28,908 bases of DNA from a bacterium (GTDB lineage: Bacteria > Patescibacteriota > Gracilibacteria > BD1-5 > UBA2023), in the NCBI GenBank assembly GCA_031422145.1, contig JANOQA010000172.1, forward strand, positions 1-28,908, written 5' to 3'. A program made the position numbers and the translations under genes. The notes under the pieces were generated by a model. The model was not told the DNA's origin, did no database searches, and saw only the letters and a list, made by a program, of their open reading frames with translations. Of this stretch, positions 28,794 to 28,908 are shown one piece after another (the first letter of the stretch is position 1; each line of letters begins with the position of its first letter).

Positions 28794-28908
28794 TATTAGA
28801 GAGTCATCCCTATGATCCATTGCTCTTCCCAAGAGTCTAGTATTGAGTTACTCGATCTATCGCCCCATCTCGTAGCCTCCTCCACCCGGTATATTTTCTA
28901 TCTGAGGA

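Noticed and set aside
1-28908. CRISPR array, DGR, IS element or prophage
   Set aside because: I saw no regularly spaced repeats, reverse transcriptase, transposase or phage structural genes.
28794-28908. 3' end of a convergent minus-strand gene (possibly ...PQIENIPGGGGYEMGR, stop at 28857)
   Set aside because: The frame is ambiguous and the visible part is too short to identify.

Overview
The window is from a bacterium that reads TGA as glycine (genetic code 25; Gracilibacteria/Absconditabacteria-type Patescibacteria). The supplied code-11 ORF track therefore fragments or misses many genes. I re-translated those genes by hand with TGA=Gly. Order: rpmH (with a long C-terminal extension)-rnpA-yidC. 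A ~9.2 kb accessory/defence block on the minus strand follows: Fic, SWIM-finger protein, DinD, an HTH-Panacea antitoxin plus a putative toxin with an in-frame amber codon, a plus-strand YjzC-like gene, and a two-gene restriction-modification-like system with a 1312-aa helicase-MTase fusion. Next come tilS, an RHH/RelE-ParE TA pair, an RNHCP protein and a PilB/GspE ATPase. An orphan cluster follows, containing a perfect 21-bp hairpin and a J-domain cassette. The rest is a GT2 glycosyltransferase, tRNA-Cys, a lipoprotein, folC, gatC, recF, an Ig-like surface protein with a sortase-like tail, and rpsT(extended)-infC-rpmI-rplT. I saw no CRISPR array, rRNA, integrase or transposase. Family assignments come from motif recognition, not database searches.
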